Source: Psilocybe cubensis (taxonomy: Eukaryota). From it: a stretch of DNA of 64,000 nt. Positions within the stretch are counted from its first letter, which is position 1, and every line of letters starts with the position of its first letter. Both the position numbers and the translations under genes were made by a program. Positions 40,641 to 52,359 of the stretch are shown here, piece by piece. The stretch is from NCBI GenBank assembly GCA_017499595.2, contig CM039002.1, positions 2,666,001-2,730,000 of the forward strand, written 5' to 3'. The notes below the pieces were generated by a model. That model saw only the letters and a list, made by a program, of their open reading frames with translations. It was not told the origin of the DNA and made no database searches.

Positions 40641-41738
40641 GCTTGCCGGGTATTTGTTTGATCCAGAGGCACAACCTGACCCCGGAAACCCGCTTGCGTG
40701 GCATTTCAACTTGTCTGGGCACCGTCGTCTCAGCCATTGCCAAGCTGTAGCACTCCTGTTTGGGCGCCTCAACCCGACCACTTCTTGCGCCTTTCACTCG
40801 AGGCTTTCCCGGCCATCGTGTTTGCAATCCTGTCGCTCACTTGATAACACCAAGGATCATCCCTGGGCCAGGGTTATCGTGTGAGCGACAGTCAATCAAA
40901 CCTGCTGTGCCAGAAGAATTGCATCGTGCAGCGCTGGATTGCGTATTTTTGCGCACATGCCATGACTATTGGAATGAGGAAAATGAGAAGGGAGAAACTC
41001 TCTCTGGGTGTTGGGTCACTACGGTGCGTTCTGATTTGATTCCAACACATGGGCAACACTGACAATAATGCCATGCGCCTGCATGCCGCATAGGAGTTTT
41101 TCACATACACAGTTGGCCAGTAGGGCCGTGCATTCACCTTGTGGTTCTGCCCGTGTTCCCGCGCTTGCTTTGTAGCTGCACTGTGTGACGGTGTATAGCG
41201 TGGCACGCCTTCAGTTCCCATATATCTGCCTACATTTGTACCGGCAACTCTGCATGCGCATACACGCTCCGTAGTGAACACACCACAGTCCGTAGTGGCG
41301 GTGTTGGATGGAGCGTGCACATCCAGGCAGAGATGCTTTTGTGTATGCTTGTGGCATGCCACTATAGTCTGCGCTGAAGACATTTGTGTATGCATTGAGG
41401 TTATGCCAATCCATCCGTGAAAGGCAGTATTTTTGAGAATAAGGCAGCTGGGGCAGCTGTTACTCTTTTTGCAAGTGTCTTTTGTTGACGGCTGCTTTTG
41501 GTCTGAGATAGATGTAAAAGAAATTTCATTGCCGGTGGCCTAGAAATTTTCGGGCACGGAAATACGCTAGCGCCACCAGAGTAATTGATCTTCTTTTTTA
41601 TGTCTACCTCATATTATAATTTACAAAAGTCAGCACAACTTTACTCAAGTGGATATGGGCAGACAGTTTCTGAGAAACAAGAACGGCGATTGTTTAAGAT
41701 TAAGGCATACTAATCAGACTAATAGTCATTCTGTATAT

Positions 41739-44531
41739 CTATTCTGTATTGATGGGCTCCAGATCAAACCAAGTGCAGTACTCGTTGCATTTGTGCTGAG
41801 ATGGAAATTTCATGAATGCTTCTTCAACATTGCCTTCACCAAAGAGATTTTGCAATGGATTGCCATTGCCGTCTTTAAGTTTGCTACAGAATGTATTAGC
41901 ATAAACTCAAGCCAGTATTTACAAGTTGCTTACGGATGGGTCATAACCTGTGGGTCCGTCAACAAGTCTCCAGCGCCTTATATGTGCACATAAGTCAGTT
42001 ATTCCACATAAACAAATATTGAAATAATCACGGCACCTTGAAAGTCTGAGAGAAAAACTTGACCATGAGACTCGACAAACTGCACATGCTGAACAAAGCA
42101 AAGGAACTTTGATGTGTCATATCCTGGCTCGCTTTCTTCAAGAAGTGGAACGGCGTCTGCATTATGGATGTACTTGATAAAAGGCAGTTCTGTTGGGATG
42201 AGTTCTTCGAGAAGATAGGCTGCGGAGTAGGATGTTGAGGCTGCTTGCTGTTTGCCTTTTCCAAATGAATAAGCAATGCATGCCTTAACAAATCGAAGCT
42301 TTGGAATTGAAAAGGGAAGATCATCCGAATCGAGATTGCTGCCCTGCTTATTGAGAAAGTTGTTAATAAAACCGTATGCAAATTGTAAAATAGAGTCTGC
42401 ATAGGCGAGAGAAGTGGCCTCCATCAAAGTCTTGATGCTTTCATCGGCATATGCGAACCGTTTGAGAACCATAGCGCCAGTTTTAGGATCCTTTCTCTGG
42501 GTATATAGCCGCTTCATAGCAATAGAGATTGGAGACGTCAACCATGATCCAAGGAGGCCAGAAGGACTTGCAGATGTCCATTCCAACAAGGCACTATGTG
42601 CTGTTTTGAATCCACCTTTTGAAATAAAGTCTGTGTGGTCGTTGAAGGATAATTGAGCAAAATACCCTTTGCTGCTTATAATCGAGGACTGATTGTTGCT
42701 TCCAAGATCGTGAAAAGGTGTAAAGACAATTGGATAGCATAGTATGGATTCAATACGGATCGCATCAACTAGAAAAAACATTAGAAAGCTGTCATCTTTA
42801 ATAAGATTGGACATACATCGTTGCTTTAACTCTAACACACTTTGTTGGCCACCAAGTAGCAAACCACGTGTAACTTCATTTGCATCCAATGACTTGAACT
42901 GAACGGATTCTCCGGTGTTGTTTGTGTTGTTCTGATTCTATATATATATAAGTTAGTGAATATTACTGCCCAAAAATATTGCTAACCTTTTTATCAAAAG
43001 AATACTCGTCTTCAACATATGATAGAGTAGAAAATGCATCAGAGGTATCTATAGTCTGATGGGAATTAGCAGGTTCTCTGCGCTTTCGAATATCAGAATT
43101 GTCTGTAGTTGAATGGGGACTAGCAAGTTCTTTACGTTTCCGGGTAAGTGGAAACGCATGATCATGTTGATGTGTATGCTTCTCAGAAGAGTCAGAAGCA
43201 ACGGATTCAATAAGCCTTTTAGGTTCCTGCAAAAACTCTTAATCAGTGGGTTTAATAGCAATTTAAAAGAATTGTAAACATACAGGGACATATGCAGCAT
43301 CAGAATCTTGTGTCATTCTTTCTGCCTCAATCCATTGATTTCGGTCAATAATGACTATGAAGGAAACCGGTTTGTTTGGGGGAGAAAATGTGTAGGTACC
43401 AGCAGCAGATTTTCCCGATTTTGCTTTGAGAAATCGACCCTGGAAATAAGGCTCAGTTAGATCCCTATTTGCCAGAATATCTTGCCAAATTGCTGTTTCT
43501 CGGACACGGGACTTGGAAAAGTCCCACGGAAACCCGGGAAAAAGCTTGGTCAGAGGTTTGATTACACAGGACCGAATTGCTTGTGCAAGTTCTTGCGGAG
43601 TTAGACCATAGTCCACAGAGATACCTTCCTTAATTCCCTAATGTAATATTAGAAAGTAAAATTACTAAATGAACATTTAATAAAGTGATAAATCTGACCG
43701 TTTGTTCAGTCTTCCCTAAAAGAAGCTCATACCCAACACCAGCAACAATGGGAACCATTGCCTTTGTTTGTGCATTTACAGGAATTTGTCCAGGAGCAAG
43801 AGATCCTTTATAAGCTGCAGTTGACCAACGCTTGTGCTCTTGAGCATATAATGCATGAGAAGCAGAGTATCCTGAAGCCGAAATAGATGGTGTAGAATGG
43901 TGACTAAAAAAGTTTTGGAAATAAGATGGATTGTGGATATTTGGCCCTCCAACAACGGAAGAAGAAGAAGGCGGCATAGAAGTAACACGGCCTTGAGGTG
44001 TATTTGCTCCTAAATTTATTAGTATAAATAATAATATGAGAATATCAAAGCATACCTTTACGCTGCCCTTCATTAATCATTTGTTGAACATCTGATATGT
44101 TAATAAGTCTTGCAGAAACGGGAGTGAGTTTGGCTAATAAGTGGATATAATAAGTGATAATCTTAGAATTATATAAAAGGACATATACCAGATGCAACAG
44201 CATTGCTTTCCTCTCTCTGTTTCGTTTGAATTGAGGTTGATGATGCTAGTATATAAATAAGCGCCCAAAACATAGCATCAAAGTTAAAGTCAGACTTACC
44301 GGAATCCTCATGCACTACACGGGCCAAAGTGACACTTTTTCTAGCATAGTGGTCAAAGCAAGCTTTACACACATATTTGCCAGAAACATTTGGATTCTGA
44401 GAGGCCAAATAGATGCGCTGGTCTCCAACTTGAATAATGGCCTGACAGCTAGGACGCTCGCATTTAGATGGTGTTTTTGCAATAACATCCTCAGTAAACT
44501 GGGTGCTAATGTGAAGATTACCAGAAGACAT
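41739..44531 (-). CDS. Alpha-kinase (eEF2K/MHCK-type atypical kinase) with N-terminal Cys4 zinc finger; transposon-borne
   Basis: N-terminal CERPSC...CKAC. C-terminal KGGFKTAH, IAMKR, YLLEE, FIKYIHN, FVQHVQF, LSDFQ|GAGDLLTDPQ, FGEGN and HKCNEYC are the ordered alpha-kinase motifs. Exons join in frame via GT-AG introns. Confidence 0.88.
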
Positions 44532-45103
44532 AGAATTGGTTGATATGGGGAATGAAAATGGACAAACTTCGCAATGAATGCACTAGATATATTTAAACTA
44601 ACTTCAGATTACACCATTCTAGGAAAATATCTTGACAATATTAACTATTTTCACGTAATTCTCTATCATTTACATGCTATTGTTCTGCAATCTATCATTT
44701 GCATGCCATTATTCTGCAATCTGACGCAACAATTTCCCTTATTCCTACTATTTATTTCAAACATATGAAATATTAAAGGTCTAGTTATTGATTCTAGACA
44801 TGGTTTATAGGTCGAGAACAAATTAAGTCTTGGTAAATTTACCATATTCTATGAGATGACGAGCGCTAGAATCTGAATTAGAGCTTTATTGGCTATAATA
44901 GCAAATATAAGCATCATCCTCTCGCAATAATGTTGTGATTTTTATGGAATTTGAAATACTTCATTTGAAATTAAATGGACAATAGTAGGTGGTCGTACAT
45001 TGTTTGATTCTTTCAATACAATCTGTAATATTTGAGTAGAGTCTTTAGTTATTCATTGAAATCCTATAAAAGACAATGCTTTTAAGACAGAAAATTGTGC
45101 AAC

Positions 45104-46974
45104 ATGCCGCAAAAAAACCAGTTTAAGCCACTTCGTGAGTAAATGTTTAAGTTATAAGGGTGAACAATATTGACATGCCTGTAACTTGCGCCTATTGAGG
45201 ACATTGCACCTCACATTTTTCTGTATTGGAAAATGCGCAAGCCCGACACTGAAGTAGTAAAATTACTTCAAGAAGAGCACATTGACAGAGCTATCTATGG
45301 CATTGGGTATGTATTCACCTTAAACTACACATAATATATATGCTAACTATTTTAGTCTAACTTCATACAAGGCCATACGTCGAAGATTAGGTTTGCTCTC
45401 TGCAAGACAACAAGGTCATACGGTGGAAAGCATCAAAGAAAGCATGGTTGCACTTAGAAAACGCTTTCCAAAGGCTGGTGCTCGTGATATGGGGTCCCTT
45501 TTATTTCATCATTATGGAATGCTTGTACCACGGTAAATGCTCATTATACCTATATATTGCTTTTAATGACAATCAAAATAGCGATTTAATTGTTGTCTAC
45601 TTCCGAGTATATGAGCCAGAGCTTATTCGAGAACGCAAAGCACGTCGTCTGCGTCGTAGGCGATTTTGGGCAGCTGGAGTCAATGATATAATTGCCGTTG
45701 ATCAGCATGATAAGTGGAAACGGTTTGGGCTTGCCTTGCACAATGGAGGTGATCCATTTGACGGATATATTCATTGGTACAAGATTTGGTGGACAAATAG
45801 CAATCCAAAGTTAATTGCTTCTTATTATTTGAATGTTGTTGAGAAGAACAAGTGTAAGCTTTGTTCCAAACTGTTTGATAATTAATTCTAATTGTTATAT
45901 TTTGCAGGCATTCCCCTTATTACTCAAAGCGATCCTGGATCTGAAAACTATGGGATTGCAAATGCCCAAACCACTCTGCGACATATGCACGACCCTAGGC
46001 TAATTGGTACAATTCAACATCGCTGGATGCGCAAGAAAAAGAACATAAAACCTGAAATATCCTGGTCTCAACTTCGCAGTCGCTTTACTCCAGGATTTGA
46101 AGATTTATTGGATTATGGAGTTAACAATGGTTTATATGACATAGGACGTCCTCTTGATCTGTAAGCTGGTTAAAATCTTAATTTCCATATCTTACTTATA
46201 CCTTCTCAAAAGCCTTGTGTTTAGATATCTGTTTATTCCTTTTCTTCAAGTTGAGCTTGATGCATGGACAGATATGGTCAACAATACCCAAAAACGATCT
46301 GACCGAAATAAAATACTTCCACATGGCATTCCTCAACATATACATCTGTTTCCTGAAAGATATGGATGTTTGGACTTCAAGGTATTTGTTTGTAAATTTT
46401 TCTATAACCAGTATTAACAAATGCTGTAGATTCAGGTTAGCCAGGAAGCTATTGATGAAGTCAGACAAATATTTGCACCTCCAGAGGACCCAGTCTTTCA
46501 ACTAGTCCCACCAGAGTTCAAGCACTATGCTGATATACTTTACCAAAGTATGGAAAGTCCAGTACTTACTTCGGAGAATATATGGGAGGTGTATTCTGAA
46601 CTTCTCTACCGCTTTGAAAATCTTGACAATGCTGTGGACTTTATTGAAGAATGTCAAGTTTATATCGAGGCAATGGAGCTACAAGACAATGAAGACGATG
46701 AGAATTCTTTCAAGCCTCAAGGAAGAGATCTGTTTGGTGGGATAGACAATTCCAAAAGTGATGGAACCTATTACATGGGTGGGGTTAATAATGGTCATGG
46801 GCTAGGTATGCTTTACCAAAATATCTTTTCTTTATATCTGATTGTTTGCTAGATAACGAGCATTATAGGATACTTGATGCAATGGACGAGAATGATGGAG
46901 AGCTAGAAATTGATGAGGTTCAGTTTACAGATGATGAAAACGAGGAAGACGAGGGCGAGGATGTACTGATATAA
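45104..46974 (+). CDS. Integrase-type (RNase H fold) DDE transposase, spliced
   Basis: RRLRRRRFWAAGVNDIIAVDQHDKW (D1), TQSDPGSEN (D2), KKNIKPEISW (E). Probable N-terminal helical DNA-binding region and acidic C-terminal tail. The intron-1 acceptor looks non-canonical (see findings). Confidence 0.85.
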
Positions 46975-47447
46975 AAAAAGTTACTATATATGATACTCTC
47001 AATTCAAGTCATAATTACTTGGTACAAACTACACTATACGGTCTATTATGTTTATATCAGCACAATACAGTACTATAAAGTCTTTCTATGAAAGAGAGTA
47101 GGCCTCTTGAAAGGTTATTCACGTTGCGTGCAATCAAAAGCAGCTATTTTACACCAAGTCCCACGGGCGCCACTAGCGGACCGCTCACGCCATTCATATT
47201 TTGACTCCTATCAAACTCCGACAGGGGTTAAAACGGCGCACAAGCTGCGCGGGAGCACCACATCCCTGCTTTTTTGCATGGATGTTCTTTATATGTGCAC
47301 CACGTAGCGGAGAAATTGTGTATATATTGTATACTACTGTAGATGACCTGCTCTTATTAAATTCTAGCTATTTTTTTGACGGCACTAGGTGCACGGAGTC
47401 TTTGCTTGCCGAGAGTTTGCCAAGTGTGCACGGCTTGACAACCCGAG

Positions 47448-47493
47448 AATGTTTGGCAACGGCTTTCGAGGCTTGACAGTCTCGCTTTCCATA
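47448..47493 (-). repeat. Right TIR of the transposon
   Basis: AATGTTTGGCAACGGCTTTCGAGGCTTGACAGTCTCGCTTTCCATA, the reverse complement of the left TIR with one mismatch. Confidence 0.93.
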
Positions 47494-47564
47494 CTACTGG
47501 GATCATGTCAAGCGGTTGCCGGTCTCACTTTTCCACCATGCAATTCCAATCGGCAAATCATTGA
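47494..47564 (+). pseudogene. Displaced native 3' end of DUF6533 paralog 5
   Basis: Encodes (A)TGIMSSGCRSHFSTMQFQSANH*, matching the paralog tails GIMSSLTHFSTLEF and GIMSSPSQISTVHF. Confidence 0.88.
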
Positions 47565-48095
47565 TGGGCCTCTTAGAGAAGGCCATCAATACACCAGGGC
47601 CTTTTGCTCTGTGGGTGGTGTCATCGTGAAATACTAGATTCTCGCCTCTATGTCATTTATAAGTTATTTATGGAGCCTGACGTCTGTGTACTGGGCTGAA
47701 ACTTCCGGGTGATATAGTATGAGGCAAAAAAACAAGTCTGAGAGATTGATTTTCTACCAACCTAGTTTCCTAGCGAAATTTTCACTCAGTAGTATGAATT
47801 TTATTCTAGTCTTGTTTCTGACCTATCAAATGTGTTCAACATGCTGTGCAATCGCCCGACTTGTCATTCGCGGTTACCAGCATTTGGCTGGGTGCAGGTT
47901 CTCTCAGGCCATCAGGTTTTCAATGTCCAAACGCCTTTCTCAGTAATTTCAAGTGAATCTGCGGCCATCAATGCGGAGGTTTCCGAGTGCGCAACATCAA
48001 GGGTTCTTATGAACCGATATAGGGAGCTGATAAAGAGAAACTTTCCTTCCCTTTCACTATCTCACCTCCATCTCGCCATATCCTACCTAACAGTA

Positions 48096-49769
48096 ATGCA
48101 TACCCCCCAGGGCGCACCCAGTGAATTTGAAAAGATCAACTTCAGTTATGAGGATGCTTCTCCCTTTGCTTGGGTGAGTACTTCCCCTTTGGAGGTTCTC
48201 TTTGTACTTTACTGACCAGTGTTCAGTGTCGTTCAGGTGGCCAGATCCCAGATGGAATGAACATAGTGAGAGGTGGAACTGATAATGAAGGCCGAGCATT
48301 ACATATTGCTCGAGCAAAATACAAGGCAAGAGGACTGTGAACTATTCAAGATCAACTTGACTGAATGTCGGATACAAAAATAGGGAGGAATTCGTACGTT
48401 TAAAATGTTTTTTTATGAGGGCCTTGATGTGAGACATGCATTTCAGATCCAGGCATGTGCATTCTAGGGAAAGATGAGGTAACAATAACCTGGGGAGGTG
48501 ATGCAATTACTGTAAGTTTTGGGTTCCCGTTCGATTCACTCGATTGTTGTCAAAGCAGTGTGCCTGACGTATCCTGAATCATAGGTCAACGACTACGAGC
48601 TCCTTTGTGCGCGTGACTTATCAGTACAATGGATCAAAGTAAATGGGACATTTCTCCTTCGTAAGACTTATGGTTTTGTACCTATCCTGTGAGCATATTG
48701 TCGGATCAGGTTACTTGATTACACTAGACTCATACAAAATATTTCAATTGAAATTTTCTATAGTGGAGGACAGGAGAGCGATGACCGCCTGTTGTACATT
48801 ATCCAAGGATATTACGAAGGCGGAGTATACTGTGGAAAGGTCAGAGAGAAAAGTATAGGTCAGCAAAACCAGAAAGCGTCCGTTGCTATTCCTTGACTCA
48901 CTGACGAAAAAGGTTACATACCTCACAACGAAAACGAGGTCCTGTTGAACCAATACCATGTTTTGGTTCAATACAAGGGACCGCATAGGATACAAAGTAC
49001 ATATTTCAGGACACTGAATGAGAAATCACTGGAATTATCTCCAGGAAACAAGTTCAGTCGGTGGATACCTATACTCACCAAATCATCATCTCCTCCCATC
49101 GTAGCATGTTGGCTCAATCATATCGACTTATCCGAAAGCCTGGAATGGTGGCGTGTATCGGCTTATGTTGATCGAATAGAATTAACTCGAATATTGGCTA
49201 ACACCAATACATGGAACACAAATGTGCTATACAGCGCTGGCCTGTCCTCAATGCTGATCGAGTCAACAAACCCTGATTTCCGATGCGGGGTTGTTGATTG
49301 CGACAGCGCAAGAATCCAGCGCGTTTCCTTCGACTGGCACTACGAAGAACCCCCAACTGTATTCGTTGCTATACGGGCCTTGGATATTGGAAAGGCTCCC
49401 CGCATTTCTATCCAGGCAGTCAACATCGGATGCACTGGATTTGACCTTGAGGTCAAAACCTGGCGCGACACAATTATTTACAACATATCAACAACATGGG
49501 TAGCCTTTCCTACAAATAGCAAATCAATCCAAGTTGGGTCGTTCGAGGCCGACAGGACTTGCTCAGTGGGATCTGTGGCGTTTTCTCCTACCTTTGGCCG
49601 CTCGCCAAAAATCCTGACAGGGTTCAACTTTCTTGACGTCAATCCAAAAAACATTAGGCTGGATATAGTGACGGCCAATGTATCTCACGAAAGCATGGAT
49701 TGGAAAATATTGTCGTGGTGGGACTCCGAGATATACAGAGTTGGCGTAAACTACATAGCATTTGTATAA
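48096..49769 (+). CDS. DM9 (DUF3421) repeat + tandem H-type lectin domain protein, no signal peptide
   Basis: DM9-like repeats GGTDNEGRALHIARAKYK|GGIH|PG...YELL and GGQESDDRLLYIIQGYYEGGVYCGK...YIP...E..LNQYHVL. Last exon has three H-lectin-like units (PPIVACWLNHID, PPTVFVAIRALD...GFDLEVKTWRDT, PKILTGFNFLD...SWWDS). Confidence 0.78.
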
Positions 49770-51697
49770 GTTACCTATCCGTTTGAAACAAGAATGTTTA
49801 CATGTGTCCTTCATGATGATACAGAGTATGAGAAGTGACTCTTTAAATGATTTTCAAAGACAGAAATATCAATCTCCATTACGGGGAGCGCTTTATTCTT
49901 TCCAGCGAGGATATCTCTAATCAAAGCCTTTCTGTCCAGTCACTATGGAGTGAACGCACAGTCCGTATATTGTCCGTAGTCGACAAATCACTGGCAGTGT
50001 CGTTCTAGAGATGTTTTGCATCCTGAAAGGAATTTTTGAAGGAAGGAAACACCTGATCTGCCTTCGGCTCTCTTTATTTTGGATACTCTTGCTTCGGTTG
50101 CGACGATATGCGTGATTCTTTTCGACGGGTCCATAGCTGAGAGCATTGTGGATGATATTACCTTTGCTCTCGTCTCTGCACGCTCGCATAGGGCGTCTAG
50201 AGGATATTGGAGACCTGTTTCCTGAGTTCAACTTTTGAAGAAGATATGTTAGCCAAGTATGTCGCAGAAGCATGAAGTCGGAATTCCTACCAAGTCGTCG
50301 GGTTCAAGAGTCTCAGGACCACGTTCAATTCAAGATTCAAAACGGAGATAGTAACATGAGCCCGCACCAAATCAATTACATTGTCATTCTTGCTTCGTCT
50401 CATTGGAGTTTCCGTTTTCCTACGAGCGACATTTCGTCGTCTGAAGCGGTGGATGGTCATAGCTACCCGCCGAGCAAAGTATAACTTCTTTGCGGATAGG
50501 TTGCCCCCCAGGTTTGGGGCCATTTCCTCAGAAGCTGAGGGCGCCTTAAATCATGGGCCCTTCTCGAGATAATGGCATTTACTTCATTCTCAGTCAATGC
50601 TAACGAGTCATGTTTCAATCCACCGGATTCACAATGCTTGCGAACGAGTGAACAGATTTGACCCTGTCTTTCAGTTAATCAAGGTCTATAGGAAACAGAA
50701 AGAGGGCCGAACCATGATGTCGTCGAACTCCTTTTACCGCGTTTACAAACCCAAGACAGTCTTCAACTGGTCAATCTATCCAAGGCAGGATGGTAAGTAC
50801 GCATAATAAGGTGAGAGGGGCGACTAACAGAATTTTTCTTTTCGTTAAAACCGTACTTTTCAGATTCATTCAATGATCGAGGACGCATCACTTGGTTCAA
50901 AACTATCAGACTATTTCCCTAAATTCTGATCAAAAGAAAAGCCTTACCAACTTGGTAGACAGTCGTAGATATCTAGTACCGGGGTCAATGGGAAATAAAA
51001 GAAGCAAACTACCTGGATTGGTTGGGGACGAAAGCAAACAGCGATGTGGTGCGGCCCTGTCCTCGAAGGCTTCGAGGACTTGTGTCTACTCCCACGCCGG
51101 TCGTTTTCAACTTACTACGTTTTTTCCGATTGCCCTGGATTACTTTGAACAGTCATATTTCTTTTTGTTTTAAGACCTCCATTTTTCCTGATGTCACTGC
51201 TTATACTCAAACTTGAATATACCGATTTTTCTTCTCTTTAGTCCTTTTAAAATCATTCTGTAATTTCAAACGGAATGAAGTGTAAGCCACATTCGCAGAC
51301 GCCGACGCCGTGAGGAGTCGGCCGTTAAGATTTCGTTATTTTGGTACAATAGTGCTCGAATGCTTACCTGCATATGGCACGATATCTACAGTGAAAAGAA
51401 AATACTGAACAGCAAAACGAGAAGTTTCGATGAATTTGGTTGCAATTTGGATGAACTTTTTCTTCGGCATGTCATGTGCCCGTATCCGACGGCACGCCGG
51501 CAAGTGTCGTCGCAGTTGCTTTTCAAATTCAACTTTCACTGTTTTACTCTCGGACATCTTGCGGGCATCCATGCCAGGACCATAGTCACGGAAAAAGGCT
51601 TTTCGAAGGATATACAGAAAGGTGGCGTTCATAATGTCATTATTAATACATTGTTCATAAAAAATTGACCGATCACACTTGTAGCCTTTCATTAATT

Positions 51698-52359
51698 ATG
51701 TCTGAGATTGCGAACAACGAGGTTGAAGTCATAGACTTGACCGGTCTGTCAGATTCTTCGGAATCCGATAGAGGCGATGATATTGAAGGGGGAGTTACGG
51801 AAAAGGAGGAAAGCGACACTGAATCCAGCTCTGACGCGTCCGAGATAGAAATCACATTGAACGAAGAGACAAGGGCCCAACTGCAGACTGCGATTGCCAC
51901 TGTGTCAGAGAGGCGTCTTCGGCAGCTATTGAAGCTTTTGGTTGAGTCGGACGTCATGATTGAAGCTACACTTACCAGAGAGCTCGTCACGCTGAGGAGA
52001 GGAACACAGGATGTGGTGCCACGTTGGGAGACTTGCGCTCATTGCGATGCCGAGTTTGATATCAATACTTTACGAGAAGATGGCGAATGTGTGTTCCATC
52101 CAGGTACGTCGCATCCCATATTCGATATGTCTTCTTTTTCCTCAGTTTTTCTTTCACAGGTGAACTCGTCGTTTCTGAAGTAGGCTCTGCAGACTGGGAT
52201 ACCGATTGCCATGGGCCGATCGATACCCTTGAGAATCGAAGAAAATTCCCTGAAAATTTCACCTGGACTTGTTGTCAAGCAAATGGATCCGAATATGGTT
52301 GTTTGCATGACCGCCACAAGCCTTTGGTCACCAGGAAGAGGAAGCGCATTGAGGATTGA
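51698..52359 (+). CDS. Conserved fungal protein with a Cys/His putative zinc-binding motif
   Basis: Acidic N-terminus. CAHC...CVFHPG|...DWDTDCHGPIDT...FPENFTWTCC...GCLHDRH. One intron. Basic C-terminal RKRKR. Confidence 0.78.

Larger units (their letters stand above)
40585..47493. mobile_element. Complete DNA transposon (IS3EU-like) carrying a DDE transposase and an alpha-kinase gene
   Basis: 46-bp TIRs with one mismatch and termini TATGG...CCATA. 6-bp TSD CTACTG at 40579-40584 and 47494-47499. Removing the element restores the host reading frame. AT-rich interior with two divergent spliced genes. Confidence 0.93.

Noticed and set aside
40654-41414. Short ORFs in the left subterminal part of the transposon as a third gene
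   Set aside because: They overlap in several frames, with no recognisable domain and no convincing start or splice pattern.
40580-47498. Alternative element boundaries with a 4-bp TSD (TACT) and GTATGG termini
   Set aside because: The longer 6-bp duplication CTACTG with TAT...ATA termini explains the same junctions and fits the transposase type better.
47505-47521. Host flank TGTCAAGCGGTTGCC resembles TIR motifs, suggesting target preference
   Set aside because: ATGTCAAG is native coding sequence shared with the paralogs, and one insertion site cannot show preference.
49917-51692. Several short ORFs, including a 118-aa minus-strand ORF and a ~45-aa spliced plus-strand ORF
   Set aside because: Splice joins hit stops, and no motifs were recognised.
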